A stretch of DNA of 64,000 nucleotides from a virus. Its lineage: Duplodnaviria > Caudoviricetes. Both the position numbers and the translations under genes were made by a program. The stretch covers positions 64,001 through 128,000 of the IMG/VR virus record IMGVR_UViG_3300037780_000034; one strand, given 5' to 3'. The notes beneath the pieces were generated by a model that was given only the letters and a program-made list of their open reading frames with translations, was not told where the DNA came from and made no database searches. The stretch's first letter is position 1. Each line of letters opens with the position of its first letter. This document shows positions 1 to 10,165 of this stretch, in pieces.

Positions 1-155
1 TCTGTAATAATAGCTGCTATATTATAAATACTTTATTATAGGAACAAAATATGAAACCAGCTATATATAAAAAAATTGTATGGACTAAAAAAGATGGGAA
101 ACTGTCTAAAAAATTTATATGTCATTGTTCCAGTAAAAATAAAGGATAATTTATT

Positions 156-620
156 ATGAATTTGTTTGAAGCTGCTAAAAAAAACAAAACAGACATTCCA
201 ACTGCTATATCAAAATTATTGAAAAGATATTTTTCAATAGAACTGGAACCGGATGATGTTCGTAGCTCAATTAAAAATATGTCTCTTGTTGATATCATTG
301 AATTAGATAATGCCATATCGTCAAAAGATATAGATAGAATTGAAGATATTTTAAAATCTGACATAAAGTTAGAGTATACTATGCCAAATAGAGGACAACT
401 TATTTCAAAGGCAAGTGAAACTCCAAAACCAAATAAAGTATCATCTGAAATCAAAACTACAGACACAACTGATTCAAATAACAAGGATACGAATAACAAA
501 GATACAGACAGTTCAACTTCCATAAGTTCTATGGGACCAAGTGAATTAAAAAATCAAAAAGAAATAGATGATGCAACCGCAGAAATCGAAAAATTAAAAA
601 AAATTGCTGGTGTAAAATGA
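156..620 (+). CDS. hypothetical protein, possibly virion-associated
   Basis: 154-aa ORF with phage-like codon usage; overlaps the next ORF by ATGA. Confidence 0.6.
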   Translation: MNLFEAAKKNKTDIPTAISKLLKRYFSIELEPDDVRSSIKNMSLVDIIELDNAISSKDIDRIEDILKSDIKLEYTMPNRGQLISKASETPKPNKVSSEIKTTDTTDSNNKDTNNKDTDSSTSISSMGPSELKNQKEIDDATAEIEKLKKIAGVK

Positions 621-832
621 AATCTATACTTTTAAGCGGCGGGATAAATGTTTTTTTGAATAACGAAGAATGGGATTTGTTAGAAGCAAACAAAGATAAA
701 CCAATATATAGAAAAAAATTAAAAGAACGAGAAGCATTGATAGCAGAAAGATTACATAAACGTGGTATTTTGAAAATAAAAAGAGAAAATAACGAGATAT
801 ATTATAAAATAAACAAAAATGGATTTATATAA
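617..832 (+). CDS. hypothetical protein
   Basis: 71-aa ORF coupled to its neighbours. Confidence 0.55.
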   Translation: MKSILLSGGINVFLNNEEWDLLEANKDKPIYRKKLKEREALIAERLHKRGILKIKRENNEIYYKINKNGFI

Positions 833-1328
833 TATGAAATTAAGTATGTCTGAACTTAGCAAGAATTTTGAAAAAGTAGTAAATGATACTATTAATGATT
901 TAGTGTCAGAAAGTTTTTACAATTATGATGCAAAGCTTGCGTTGTCATCAGGCAAAATATCAGATAATGTTATAAAGGTAGAAAATTTTATTATAAGATT
1001 AAAAAAAGAAGACATACATGGAACTGATAAAATATTTTACGATATATATGACGAAAAACATAATAAGCTAATTGCCAAAAATATATCTCTTTTTATAACT
1101 GTTTTATATATTATAAAAAACTATAAAAATAACACATTTTGCACTGAATTACAAAATATTATTAATTTAGATAAATCTTACAAAATAAAATTTTGTGATG
1201 TTGCATTTCAAAAAAGAATGATTAAAGAAACGTTAAACAAAGAAAAACGTGAAATATATAACGCAAAGTATAATGGCAACATAGATGCACTTGGTCGTAT
1301 AAAATCACAAATAATAAAAATAACATAA
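819..1328 (+). CDS. hypothetical protein
   Basis: 169-aa ORF in a coupled operon. Confidence 0.55.
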   Translation: MDLYNMKLSMSELSKNFEKVVNDTINDLVSESFYNYDAKLALSSGKISDNVIKVENFIIRLKKEDIHGTDKIFYDIYDEKHNKLIAKNISLFITVLYIIKNYKNNTFCTELQNIINLDKSYKIKFCDVAFQKRMIKETLNKEKREIYNAKYNGNIDALGRIKSQIIKIT

Positions 1329-1348
1329 ATAAAAGTATAAAACTTATT

Positions 1349-2107
1349 ATGGAGATAAAATCAATGTTTTTAAAAGAATTTGATACAAACAAAGAAAAAT
1401 TTAACAAAATACAAACATACCTAAAAGAAAATTTTAAGTTTGAAATTGCAACTGAAAAGCTTAATGAAATTAAAGCTGACAGACTAATAGAACGTTCAGA
1501 GAATAGATTAAAAACAGTTAATCAAAAAACAAATCCAAAAGAATACACCAAACTAAAGTTGGTTTCAGAAGGATTAAAATTATGGAAACTAACTGAACAA
1601 GAAGAAGATTCTGGGGATATGGATGAAGCAAGAATAATTTTATCTGCCGAAGAAATAACTACAAAATTACAAGATATGGTTGAAAAAATTGCAGAACTTC
1701 AAGTTCAAAAACTAATTCCAATTGTTGATAAGATGAAAGAAGAATTAGGACCAAATGAAGCCGCACGTTTTAATCAAATAGCAGATTCTTCATTAGCAGA
1801 ATTATTAAACATAGCTAAGTCAACAAAAGATAAAATTTCTACTGCAATAGTTCAAGTTTCAAGTGGAACTACTTCAATGGATCAAGATATGGGAATGCAA
1901 CAGTCACAAGGATTAGATTCTCTTGATGATATGGGCGATGATGGATTTGATGGTGATGATGCAGTTTCTGGTGATATAGGTCCAGAAGGTAGAAAAATGA
2001 AAGGTGAAAGCATAGATTTTGAAGATGCACTTTTATTACTAAAAGAAGCAACAAAAGATGGCAAAATTTCAAGAAAAGATTTTAATAAAATAATTGGCAA
2101 GAAATAA
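1349..2107 (+). CDS. hypothetical helical/acidic protein
   Basis: 252-aa ORF with an acidic low-complexity C-terminal linker. Confidence 0.6.
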   Translation: MEIKSMFLKEFDTNKEKFNKIQTYLKENFKFEIATEKLNEIKADRLIERSENRLKTVNQKTNPKEYTKLKLVSEGLKLWKLTEQEEDSGDMDEARIILSAEEITTKLQDMVEKIAELQVQKLIPIVDKMKEELGPNEAARFNQIADSSLAELLNIAKSTKDKISTAIVQVSSGTTSMDQDMGMQQSQGLDSLDDMGDDGFDGDDAVSGDIGPEGRKMKGESIDFEDALLLLKEATKDGKISRKDFNKIIGKK

Positions 2108-2490
2108 TGAGACTATATCAACTACTTGAAAAAGATATATATACTACTGATTTAGAAGATGATATAGTAAACTTACTAACTATATCATCTTCTAAAGGAT
2201 ATAACAAAGTAAAAACATCAAAACTAGTAAAAGATTTAAGAAATCTAGGATATGATGTAACCCCAAAAACTATTCAATCTTTATTAAATGATTTAGACAT
2301 AATCACAAGTGCAGATGATAATTTTATAGAAATATCTACTGACATTCCAGATGAGGGAGACTCTGATTTTTCTGGAATTGATGATTTAGATATAGAAACA
2401 AATACATCGTTTGACATACAAGACACAGATGAACCAGACGAAATTGATCGCGCTGCACAACGTCAGGCTGCAAAGGACATTGCAAAATGA
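2107..2490 (+). CDS. acidic hypothetical protein
   Basis: 127 aa; MRLYQLLE N-terminus of the kind seen on jumbo-phage head proteins. Confidence 0.55.
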   Translation: MRLYQLLEKDIYTTDLEDDIVNLLTISSSKGYNKVKTSKLVKDLRNLGYDVTPKTIQSLLNDLDIITSADDNFIEISTDIPDEGDSDFSGIDDLDIETNTSFDIQDTDEPDEIDRAAQRQAAKDIAK

Positions 2491-2804
2491 TTCCAACATT
2501 AAATTCCGAAACTGCAAATATAATATCAAAATATGACTTGACTGTATTTGATGAAATAACAGCTATTTCAAGAACTATATTAACTCAAAGCTTAGGTGGA
2601 AATGTTAGTGCTGTAATAAGCACAGGAACAACTATGACAACTACTACTTTATACTATGAAGTATGGAATAATATAACAGAAAATAGAAAAGTGTCAGAAC
2701 AACTAGACTCAATAATAAAATATTTTGAAAAAATAGGATATCATATTATTATAAGATTAAATACTTCAACATCAAACACTATAATTTGGGAAGTTAATTG
2801 GTAA
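2487..2804 (+). CDS. hypothetical protein
   Basis: 105-aa ORF, ATGA overlap. Confidence 0.55.
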   Translation: MIPTLNSETANIISKYDLTVFDEITAISRTILTQSLGGNVSAVISTGTTMTTTTLYYEVWNNITENRKVSEQLDSIIKYFEKIGYHIIIRLNTSTSNTIIWEVNW

Positions 2805-2811
2805 AAACTTC

Positions 2812-2840
2812 TTGACAAACTAACAATGTTATGATACTAT
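2812..2840 (+). promoter_or_regulatory. sigma70-type promoter
   Basis: TTGACA-17nt-TACTAT with TG extension, just upstream of the exonuclease gene. Confidence 0.6.
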
Positions 2841-2846
2841 TGTAAA

Positions 2847-3533
2847 ATGATAAAAATTAACAACAAATACAATTATACTCAATTTTCAAGAGAAGATTCG
2901 GACAATGGTAGATTATACCTTGTTAACGAAACAAAGTTGCCAAGTGTAACGACTATACTAAGTAAGACAAAACCTGCTGAATCTGTTAAAAAGTTAAATG
3001 AATGGAAACAAAGAGTTGGAATACAAGAAGCAAAAAAGATTACAAAAGAAGCATCTGACGTAGGAACTCTGGTTCATAATATTTTAGAAGCTTGGATATT
3101 AAACAAAGAATTTCCTATAGGAAATAATTTAATACATAAACAAGCAAAAAATATGGCAGACATTATAAAAAAAAATATTGAAAACGATATTACTGAAGTA
3201 TGGGGAAGTGAAGTTAGCCTATATTATCCAGATTTATATGCAGGAACTTCAGATTTAATAGGATTATGGAAAAATGTTCCTACGATAATGGACTTCAAAC
3301 AAACAAATAAACCCAAACAACGTGAATGGATTGGAGATTATTTTTTGCAACTTGCTGCATACGCAGAAGCACATAATGTATTATATGATACTGACATAAA
3401 TCAAGGAGTGGTATTTATGTGTTCCAGAGAAGGAGAATTTCAAAAATTTGAAGTATCTGGTGCTGAATTTGAATATTGGAAAAATGAGTGGGCAAATAGA
3501 ATTAATAAATATTACAATATAAGTGAGATATAA
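2847..3533 (+). CDS. PD-(D/E)XK exonuclease (phage/MGME1-like)
   Basis: LPSVTTIL, GTLVH and YAGTSDLIG...IMDFKQT...QLAAY motifs. Confidence 0.85.
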   Translation: MIKINNKYNYTQFSREDSDNGRLYLVNETKLPSVTTILSKTKPAESVKKLNEWKQRVGIQEAKKITKEASDVGTLVHNILEAWILNKEFPIGNNLIHKQAKNMADIIKKNIENDITEVWGSEVSLYYPDLYAGTSDLIGLWKNVPTIMDFKQTNKPKQREWIGDYFLQLAAYAEAHNVLYDTDINQGVVFMCSREGEFQKFEVSGAEFEYWKNEWANRINKYYNISEI

Positions 3534-4233
3534 TATGACTGATACTTTAATAGCAAAAGTTCAATTAAGAAATGGAAACATTGCAGACTTACCGATTTTA
3601 TCAGAAGCTGAACTTGCATATGCAACTGACCAAACCCGACTATTTGTAGGAAATTTAGAATATACAATCGGAACAGGTAATGGTGTATTAACTACATTTA
3701 ATATACCATCTACAAGCAATGTTCCTATTCCAGCTACAAATACTGAATTTATTAAGTTTTATGTTAATGGTGTAGAAAGAAGTGACGTTGTAGTAGGTGG
3801 AACAACTGTGACATTTTCAGTTGCACCAGCAGATACTACCACTATAACTATGAAATATAATTCAGAAATAAAATTATTAAATTCTTCAATAAATCCAAAT
3901 TCATTGCTTTTAAGTGCTTCTGTTACTGTAGACTTTCAAGATACTGGATTTGCGATAGATGCAAATATATATGACACGGTTTTTATAAATTATAGTATAA
4001 AAATGCTTGATGGGTCTGATAACATAACTGGATATAGAATAGGAACTATTAAAGCAATAGTTGATCTAGAAGGGGATGACTATATTCTTGATGACTCCTA
4101 CACATCTTTTAACAATGATAACTCTGTTTTATTTGACGGTAGAATACAAGATGGAATATTTTACTTAACATATAAAAATAGTTCTTCATCATCTGCAACA
4201 CTTAAATATAAATTTGAAACATGGAAGATGTAA
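3523..4233 (+). CDS. virion structural protein (tail/baseplate-like)
   Basis: N-terminal LPILSEAELAYATDQTRLFVG motif typical of tail-fibre/baseplate N-termini; beta-rich T/S/V composition. Confidence 0.55.
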   Translation: MRYNMTDTLIAKVQLRNGNIADLPILSEAELAYATDQTRLFVGNLEYTIGTGNGVLTTFNIPSTSNVPIPATNTEFIKFYVNGVERSDVVVGGTTVTFSVAPADTTTITMKYNSEIKLLNSSINPNSLLLSASVTVDFQDTGFAIDANIYDTVFINYSIKMLDGSDNITGYRIGTIKAIVDLEGDDYILDDSYTSFNNDNSVLFDGRIQDGIFYLTYKNSSSSSATLKYKFETWKM

Positions 4234-4703
4234 CATTCTATAAAGAAATCTGGTTAAAGCCTCCACACGAACGTCTCAAAATAATAAGAAAAATTAGAAA
4301 ACAATATAATTTTGTCAATGAACAAAAACTTGTTTCTGATGTTTGGGATTTATGGAAAACTTGTCCAGAAAAAAGTAAAATAGTTGATCCATATGACGTA
4401 AAGTCTTGGTTAACATTGTGGGAAATAATTTCTATAGGAGAAATATGTAAATATTCCAGTGCGTTAGCAGCTTCATATATGATCCATTATATGAATCCTT
4501 CTATAAAAATTGTTATATGTAGAGTTTATGATAAAATACAAAATGATATATACATTACATCATTAATTAATGATACTTATATTATACTACCACATAATCA
4601 AGAGGTTCAGCTATGGGATTCTATAAAAGAAAATATAAAAATACAAGAAGTATGGAATATTTCAGAAGTAATAGACATAGTTAACCATCAAATAACAACA
4701 TAA
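4221..4703 (+). CDS. hypothetical protein
   Basis: 160-aa ORF overlapping the upstream gene. Confidence 0.55.
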   Translation: MEDVTFYKEIWLKPPHERLKIIRKIRKQYNFVNEQKLVSDVWDLWKTCPEKSKIVDPYDVKSWLTLWEIISIGEICKYSSALAASYMIHYMNPSIKIVICRVYDKIQNDIYITSLINDTYIILPHNQEVQLWDSIKENIKIQEVWNISEVIDIVNHQITT

Positions 4704-4710
4704 TTAAATA

Positions 4711-4735
4711 ATGCAGCTTATATATTAAGTTGCAT
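4711..4735 (+). terminator. stem-loop between operons (terminator or leader hairpin)
   Basis: ATGCAGCTTA-TATAT-TAAGTTGCAT, 10 bp with one G:U, followed by a T-rich run. Confidence 0.45.
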
Positions 4736-4761
4736 ATATATTTTTATTTTTTAAATAGAAA

Positions 4762-6009
4762 GTGAAAAAGATGATAAAATATGTAATTAAAAGAAATGGA
4801 TCAACTGAACCATTTAATCGTGAAAAGATTACTGCTGCTGTTCAAAAAGCTATGAAATCAATAAACATAAAAAGTAAAACATTAGGCATAGAAATAACTG
4901 ATGAAGTATTAGAAAGATTTAAAGAAACTGACGAAACTGTTGTGGTTGATACTATACATAAAACTGTAGAAAATGTTATTATGGATATGGGACTACATAA
5001 TTTGGCAAGAGAATACATTGTTTATCGTGTTTCTAATATGCCAGACATATTTAGAAAAAGAACAAATTTAAAACCATATGAGTATCCACAATTAATAGAA
5101 TATTTAGATGCAATTCGCCATTCATATTGGGTACACAGTGAGTTTAATTATTCTTCTGATGTTCAAGATATGAAAGTAAGAATGAAACCAGAAGAAGCAG
5201 AAATAGTTAAAAAAGCTATGTTGGCTATTGCTCAAATAGAAGTTCAAGTAAAAACATTTTGGGCAAAAATAGGCGATAAGATGCCAAAACCAGAAGTTCA
5301 AGCAGTAGGTATTACTTTTGGAGAAAGCGAAGTAAGACATGCAGATGCATATTCAAATCTTTTAGAAATTATGGGATTGAATGAAGAATTTAAAACATTA
5401 GTAGATGTGCCTGCTATCAAAAAAAGAATAGAATATCTTGAACAATCTATTCAAACCCCAGTAGATAATAAAGATTATTTTTATAAAGTAATTTTATTCT
5501 CAATGTTTGTAGAAAACGTATCACTTTTTTCTCAGTTTTTGATAATGATGGCATTTAACAAACATAAAAATCTTCTTAAAGGTATATCAAATGCAGTAGA
5601 AGCAACCTCAAAAGAAGAAGATGTTCACGCAAGATTTGGATTTGAACTGGTTAATATAATAAAACAAGAAAATCCAAGCTGGTGGGATAAAGAAACTATA
5701 GCGAATGTGAACCGTCTATGTAAAGATGCATATAAGGCAGAATCTGCTATAGTTGATTGGATTTATGGCGAATATGATTTAGACTTTTTGCCAAAAGAAA
5801 CTGTGAAAGAATTTTTAAAACACAGATTTAATCAATCATTAAAATCAATAGGATTAAAGTCCTTATATGAAGTTGATGAAAAAGCCATTAAAGATACTGA
5901 ATGGTTTGTTGAAGAAATATTAAGCACAAAAAATATAGACTTCTTTGTAAAAAGAAGCACCGCATATAGTAAAAAAACAAAATCATTTTCAGAAGATGAT
6001 TTATTTTAA
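4762..6009 (+). CDS. nrdB: class Ia ribonucleotide reductase beta subunit with N-terminal ATP-cone
   Basis: N-term VIKRNGSTEPFNREKI...AREYIVYR (ATP-cone), then a ferritin-like R2 core (ESEVRHADAY, FLIMMAF, KEEDVHARFG) and C-terminal DFF; real start probably ATG 4771. Confidence 0.9.
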   Translation: MKKMIKYVIKRNGSTEPFNREKITAAVQKAMKSINIKSKTLGIEITDEVLERFKETDETVVVDTIHKTVENVIMDMGLHNLAREYIVYRVSNMPDIFRKRTNLKPYEYPQLIEYLDAIRHSYWVHSEFNYSSDVQDMKVRMKPEEAEIVKKAMLAIAQIEVQVKTFWAKIGDKMPKPEVQAVGITFGESEVRHADAYSNLLEIMGLNEEFKTLVDVPAIKKRIEYLEQSIQTPVDNKDYFYKVILFSMFVENVSLFSQFLIMMAFNKHKNLLKGISNAVEATSKEEDVHARFGFELVNIIKQENPSWWDKETIANVNRLCKDAYKAESAIVDWIYGEYDLDFLPKETVKEFLKHRFNQSLKSIGLKSLYEVDEKAIKDTEWFVEEILSTKNIDFFVKRSTAYSKKTKSFSEDDLF

Positions 6010-6026
6010 TAAAGGAGAACACACTA

Positions 6027-7679
6027 ATGTCATTTGAATGGCTAAACGAAGAGTCACGAAAATTCCTTTCACGAGGATATTTAAAACAAGGACAAACCCC
6101 AGAAGAAAGAGTTAGAGAGATTGCAGATACCGCAGAAGCACATCTTAATATTCCGGGGTTTTCTGATAAATTTTATGAATATATGAGCAGAGGTTATTAT
6201 TCTCTTGCCTCGCCTGTATGGTCAAATTATGGAAATAAAAGAGGTCTTCCAGTTTCATGTTTCGGATCATTTATCTCTGACAGTATGGAAGAAATAATGT
6301 ATAGTCACGGCGAAAACGGTATGCTTATGAAAAATGGCGGCGGCACATCTGGCTATTTTGGTGATTTAAGAGAACGTGGCGCACCCATTAAAGATAACGG
6401 AGAGTCTTCAGGTGCTGTTCACTTTATGGAACTATTTGATACTCTTGCTTCTATAGTATCACAAGGTTCTGTAAGACGTGGATTCTTTTCTGCATATTTG
6501 CCTATAGATCATCCAGATGCAGAAGAATTTCTTGATATTGCAACCGAGGGTCATCCTATTCAAGGCTTGACAACTGGTATCACAGTTAGTGATGCATTTT
6601 TAGAAAAAATGATTTCAGGTGATGCTAAGTCAAGAAAGATATGGGCAAAAGTTCTACAAAGACGTTCTGAAATTGGATTTCCTTACATTTTGTTTAGTGA
6701 CAACGTAAACAATCAAAAACCAGACGTTTATAAAGATTTAAAGATGGAGATATATGCTTCAAACATGTGCAGTGAAATAGCATTGCCTTCTTCACAAGAA
6801 GAAACATTTACTTGTGTATTATCTTCTATAAATCTTCTTCATTGGGATGAAATTGTAAAAACAGATGCAATTGAGACTATGGTTTACTTTTTAGACACTG
6901 TTGTTACTGAATTTATAAACAAAACAGAAGGAAAAAAGTATTTTGAAAGAGCAAACCAATTTGCTAAAAGACATAGAGCATTGGGTATGGGTGTGCTAGG
7001 ATGGCATTCATATCTTCAATCAAATATGATTTCATTTGAAAGCAAAGATGCATCAAAAAGAAATTTGGAAATATCAAAAACTTTAAACAAAAGAGCATAT
7101 GAAGCTTCTAAAAAATTAGCTGATATGTTTGGAGAACCAGAGTTACTAAAAGGGTATGGTCGTCGTAATACAACTTTATTAGCTATTGCTCCTACAAAAT
7201 CAAGTAGCTTTATATTGGGTCAAGTTTCTCAATCTATTGAGCCAGAATTTTCAAATTGCTATGTAAAAGATTTAGCAAAAACTAAAGTTACAATAAAAAA
7301 TCCATATTTAGATAAACTACTAACCGAAAAAGGATATAATACTCCAGACACTTGGGATAGTATTAAAAATATGGATGGTTCTGTTCAACATCTTTCTTTC
7401 TTGACAGATGAAGAAAAAGCTGTATTTAAAACTTTTGCAGAAATAAATCCATATACTATAGTTGATCAGGCTGGAATAAGACAGCAATATATTGATCAGG
7501 CTCAAAGTTTAAATCTTATGTTAGACCCAGATACTACAGTAAAAGAAATTAATGCATTGTATATTCACGCTTGGGAAATGGGCGTAAAAAGTTTGTATTA
7601 TAGTTTTTCTATGTCAAAGGCACAAGCACTTACTAGAAAAAAAGTAAATAGTTCAGATTGTGCAGCGTGTGAGGCATAA
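6027..7679 (+). CDS. nrdA: class Ia ribonucleotide reductase alpha subunit, no ATP-cone
   Basis: PVSCF, SNMCSEI, AIAPTKSSS, KSLYY and C-terminal CAACEA motifs; 550 aa. Confidence 0.92.
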   Translation: MSFEWLNEESRKFLSRGYLKQGQTPEERVREIADTAEAHLNIPGFSDKFYEYMSRGYYSLASPVWSNYGNKRGLPVSCFGSFISDSMEEIMYSHGENGMLMKNGGGTSGYFGDLRERGAPIKDNGESSGAVHFMELFDTLASIVSQGSVRRGFFSAYLPIDHPDAEEFLDIATEGHPIQGLTTGITVSDAFLEKMISGDAKSRKIWAKVLQRRSEIGFPYILFSDNVNNQKPDVYKDLKMEIYASNMCSEIALPSSQEETFTCVLSSINLLHWDEIVKTDAIETMVYFLDTVVTEFINKTEGKKYFERANQFAKRHRALGMGVLGWHSYLQSNMISFESKDASKRNLEISKTLNKRAYEASKKLADMFGEPELLKGYGRRNTTLLAIAPTKSSSFILGQVSQSIEPEFSNCYVKDLAKTKVTIKNPYLDKLLTEKGYNTPDTWDSIKNMDGSVQHLSFLTDEEKAVFKTFAEINPYTIVDQAGIRQQYIDQAQSLNLMLDPDTTVKEINALYIHAWEMGVKSLYYSFSMSKAQALTRKKVNSSDCAACEA

Positions 7680-7937
7680 ATGAACAATACTAAAACAATA
7701 GTTTGGTCAAAAGATGATTGTATTTTTTGTGTAAAAGCAAAAAGGTTTTTAACAAGTAAAAACATACATTTTGAAGAAAGAAATGTTTCATCTGATGAAT
7801 GGACAAAGGAACAGCTTCTAAAAGCTGTTCCTAATGCAAAAACTTTACCACAAATATTTTTATATGGAGAATATATTGGTGGTTATGACGACTTATTAAA
7901 ATATGCCGAAGATCACGGTATGTATTCAAATTTTTAG
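7680..7937 (+). CDS. grx: glutaredoxin
   Basis: CIFC active site, TLPQIF, IGGYDDL. Confidence 0.9.
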   Translation: MNNTKTIVWSKDDCIFCVKAKRFLTSKNIHFEERNVSSDEWTKEQLLKAVPNAKTLPQIFLYGEYIGGYDDLLKYAEDHGMYSNF

Positions 7938-7945
7938 AGGGAAAT

Positions 7946-8266
7946 ATGATTGTAAATAAAACAAATGTTATGGAAGTAGTTGCCATTAAGCTAACAAGTG
8001 GCGAAGAAATTGTTGGTTCTTTTTTAGAAGAAAATAGCAACACCATAAAATTAAGAAAACCATTAGCACTTGCAATGACACAGCAAGGACCAGCACTTGC
8101 GCCATTTTTTATGACAGGTGATATCAATAAAGATAGTATGGAAATAGAATTTAATAAAAATACAGTTATCGCTATGACAAAACCACATAAACAATTTAAA
8201 GATGTTTATACACAGTCAACCAGTGGAATAACAATAGCTGAGAATTCAAGTAATTTTAAAATGTAA
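7946..8266 (+). CDS. small beta-barrel (Sm-like) conserved phage protein
   Basis: IKLTSGEEIVG...LRKP pattern. Confidence 0.45.
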   Translation: MIVNKTNVMEVVAIKLTSGEEIVGSFLEENSNTIKLRKPLALAMTQQGPALAPFFMTGDINKDSMEIEFNKNTVIAMTKPHKQFKDVYTQSTSGITIAENSSNFKM

Positions 8267-8272
8267 TAAAAA

Positions 8273-8280
8273 TATAAATA
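8273..8280 (+). promoter_or_regulatory. T4-type late promoter
   Basis: TATAAATA immediately upstream of the PAAR gene. Confidence 0.6.
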
Positions 8281-8285
8281 CACAT

Positions 8286-8582
8286 ATGCCACAAGTTCAT
8301 AGAGATACAGATTCAAGAGCGTGCGGAGCCTCTACAAGTGTAACAGGACAAAGTTCTGTTTATGTTAATAATTTACGTGTAAGTGTGCAAGGCGACCCAA
8401 ACACACACGGGGGCGGAAGTTTAGATGCAAGTGTCAATGATGGAACTGTTTTTGTTGAAAATAAATTAATGGTTTTGTTAGGAAGTTCTGCATCGCCTGA
8501 TTTATTGTGTCCGCCACTTGGAGGCGCACATTGCGCCCCTAGTGCAACAGGCGGAAGCCCAAATGTTTTTGCGTGTGATTAA
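8286..8582 (+). CDS. PAAR-like baseplate spike tip protein (T4 gp5.4-like)
   Basis: MPQVHRDTDSRACG...VYVNNL...GSPNVF with repeated PAAR-like segments. Confidence 0.85.
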   Translation: MPQVHRDTDSRACGASTSVTGQSSVYVNNLRVSVQGDPNTHGGGSLDASVNDGTVFVENKLMVLLGSSASPDLLCPPLGGAHCAPSATGGSPNVFACD

Positions 8583-8591
8583 GGATTTTAA

Positions 8592-10109
8592 ATGTCAAAA
8601 ATTATACCATTAGAAGGACTACAGCGTGTTAACGATTATTTGGATACACGACATTATTCTAATATAGAAATAGATAAAAATTTGGATTCTGTAGGAAACA
8701 TCGTTATTTCAGCGGGATTTGATTTCTCTTTCAGAGAAGTATTATGTTCATTGTTAGCTGGTCAAGGATTAAAGTTACCAAATATACAAATATGTTTAAG
8801 TTTAAATTTAAAAGCATTACTAAGTCCGGTTTTTGGTGCACTTGGAAAAATACAAGCTGCATTAACTACTGCATTGACTCAACTAAATGATGCTTTTAAT
8901 TCTTTTCTTGAACATACTGGAATACAAAATGTTTTAAATCGTGTAAACAATGTTATATCAGAAATTGCAGGAATAGCAAATATGATTAATTTTTGTGGTA
9001 AGCCAATTGTTCCAATTCCAATTCCACTTTCACTAGAAAATAGCTTACAATCGTTCTTGGGAAAAGGAATGGATATTGCTAATAAGATAGGTTCTATAAT
9101 ACCTTCTGAAATAGGAGGTTGTTTAGATGGTGGAGGGTTTAACGGATCAATATTTAATGGTGGATTACTTTATGATATCTGGCAAGATTATGATAGAGTG
9201 ATTGCAGGAACATTAACCGAATTAGAATTAGATAATTATGTTACCAGAATAAATCAAATATCACGAGAAATTCAAGAATTAATAGATGACGAAAATAATA
9301 CATCAAGTATAGTAGATATCGGTGGAAGTCAGTTTGAAGGTTCAACTGGTGAGTTAAATACTAAAATAGGTGTTTTACATAATCCAAATGAATTAGGAAT
9401 GAGTGGAAACATATCAATAGCAGCAGGTTTAAGAAATGCATATAATCAACTAGCAGGTTATCCTGTAGTAGACAGTGATGGAAATGTATACGAAAATATT
9501 TTTAAACTGTTTCTTGAAGATGATATGATTGATTTACTTAAAAGAAGAGCAGTTCCAAATAAACGAATAACAAGACAAGAGCCAATATATAACTATTGTG
9601 GACAAATAGTTGGATATAATACTATAGAGGTAAGAGAAGGTGATGAAGAAAGAAGCAGAGGCGATGTTCCAGTAGCATCAACTGCACCAGGATCACTAAA
9701 AGATAATAATTTAACAATAGAATCTCTTACCACGCCATTAGATACTACAAGAACACTTTTTGATGATTTTGTTACAACTAAAGATTCTTCTACTATAGAA
9801 ATATTTAAAGGTATTAATATAAACGTCCCAACTAACAAAACTTGGTTCTTTACATTAAATGTATTAGGTAGAAGAACAGATTCAGATATAGTAGAAAATA
9901 TTGCTAAAAAATTAGAAGGAGTTGCGTTCAATACGAATGGAACAACAACGGTATCACCAAACCAAATATCAGAAACTATATTTGTGAATGATTCTACTAA
10001 TTATAACATAACTATCACTGGTGAAGGGTCTAATATAAAATTTTTCATATCCGGAATTCCAGACAAACAATATAACTGGACTTTCAAGTTTTCATATATA
10101 GAATCTTGA
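8592..10109 (+). CDS. putative virion structural protein
   Basis: 505 aa, co-transcribed with the PAAR gene behind the late promoter. Confidence 0.5.
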   Translation: MSKIIPLEGLQRVNDYLDTRHYSNIEIDKNLDSVGNIVISAGFDFSFREVLCSLLAGQGLKLPNIQICLSLNLKALLSPVFGALGKIQAALTTALTQLNDAFNSFLEHTGIQNVLNRVNNVISEIAGIANMINFCGKPIVPIPIPLSLENSLQSFLGKGMDIANKIGSIIPSEIGGCLDGGGFNGSIFNGGLLYDIWQDYDRVIAGTLTELELDNYVTRINQISREIQELIDDENNTSSIVDIGGSQFEGSTGELNTKIGVLHNPNELGMSGNISIAAGLRNAYNQLAGYPVVDSDGNVYENIFKLFLEDDMIDLLKRRAVPNKRITRQEPIYNYCGQIVGYNTIEVREGDEERSRGDVPVASTAPGSLKDNNLTIESLTTPLDTTRTLFDDFVTTKDSSTIEIFKGININVPTNKTWFFTLNVLGRRTDSDIVENIAKKLEGVAFNTNGTTTVSPNQISETIFVNDSTNYNITITGEGSNIKFFISGIPDKQYNWTFKFSYIES

Positions 10110-10165
10110 CATTAGCTATCACATATGTTATTATACATAACAATATAGTGATAAATGGTAGAAAA

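Noticed and set aside
4762-7679. Introns or inteins in nrdA/nrdB (common phage insertion sites)
   Set aside because: Both ORFs are continuous and of normal length.
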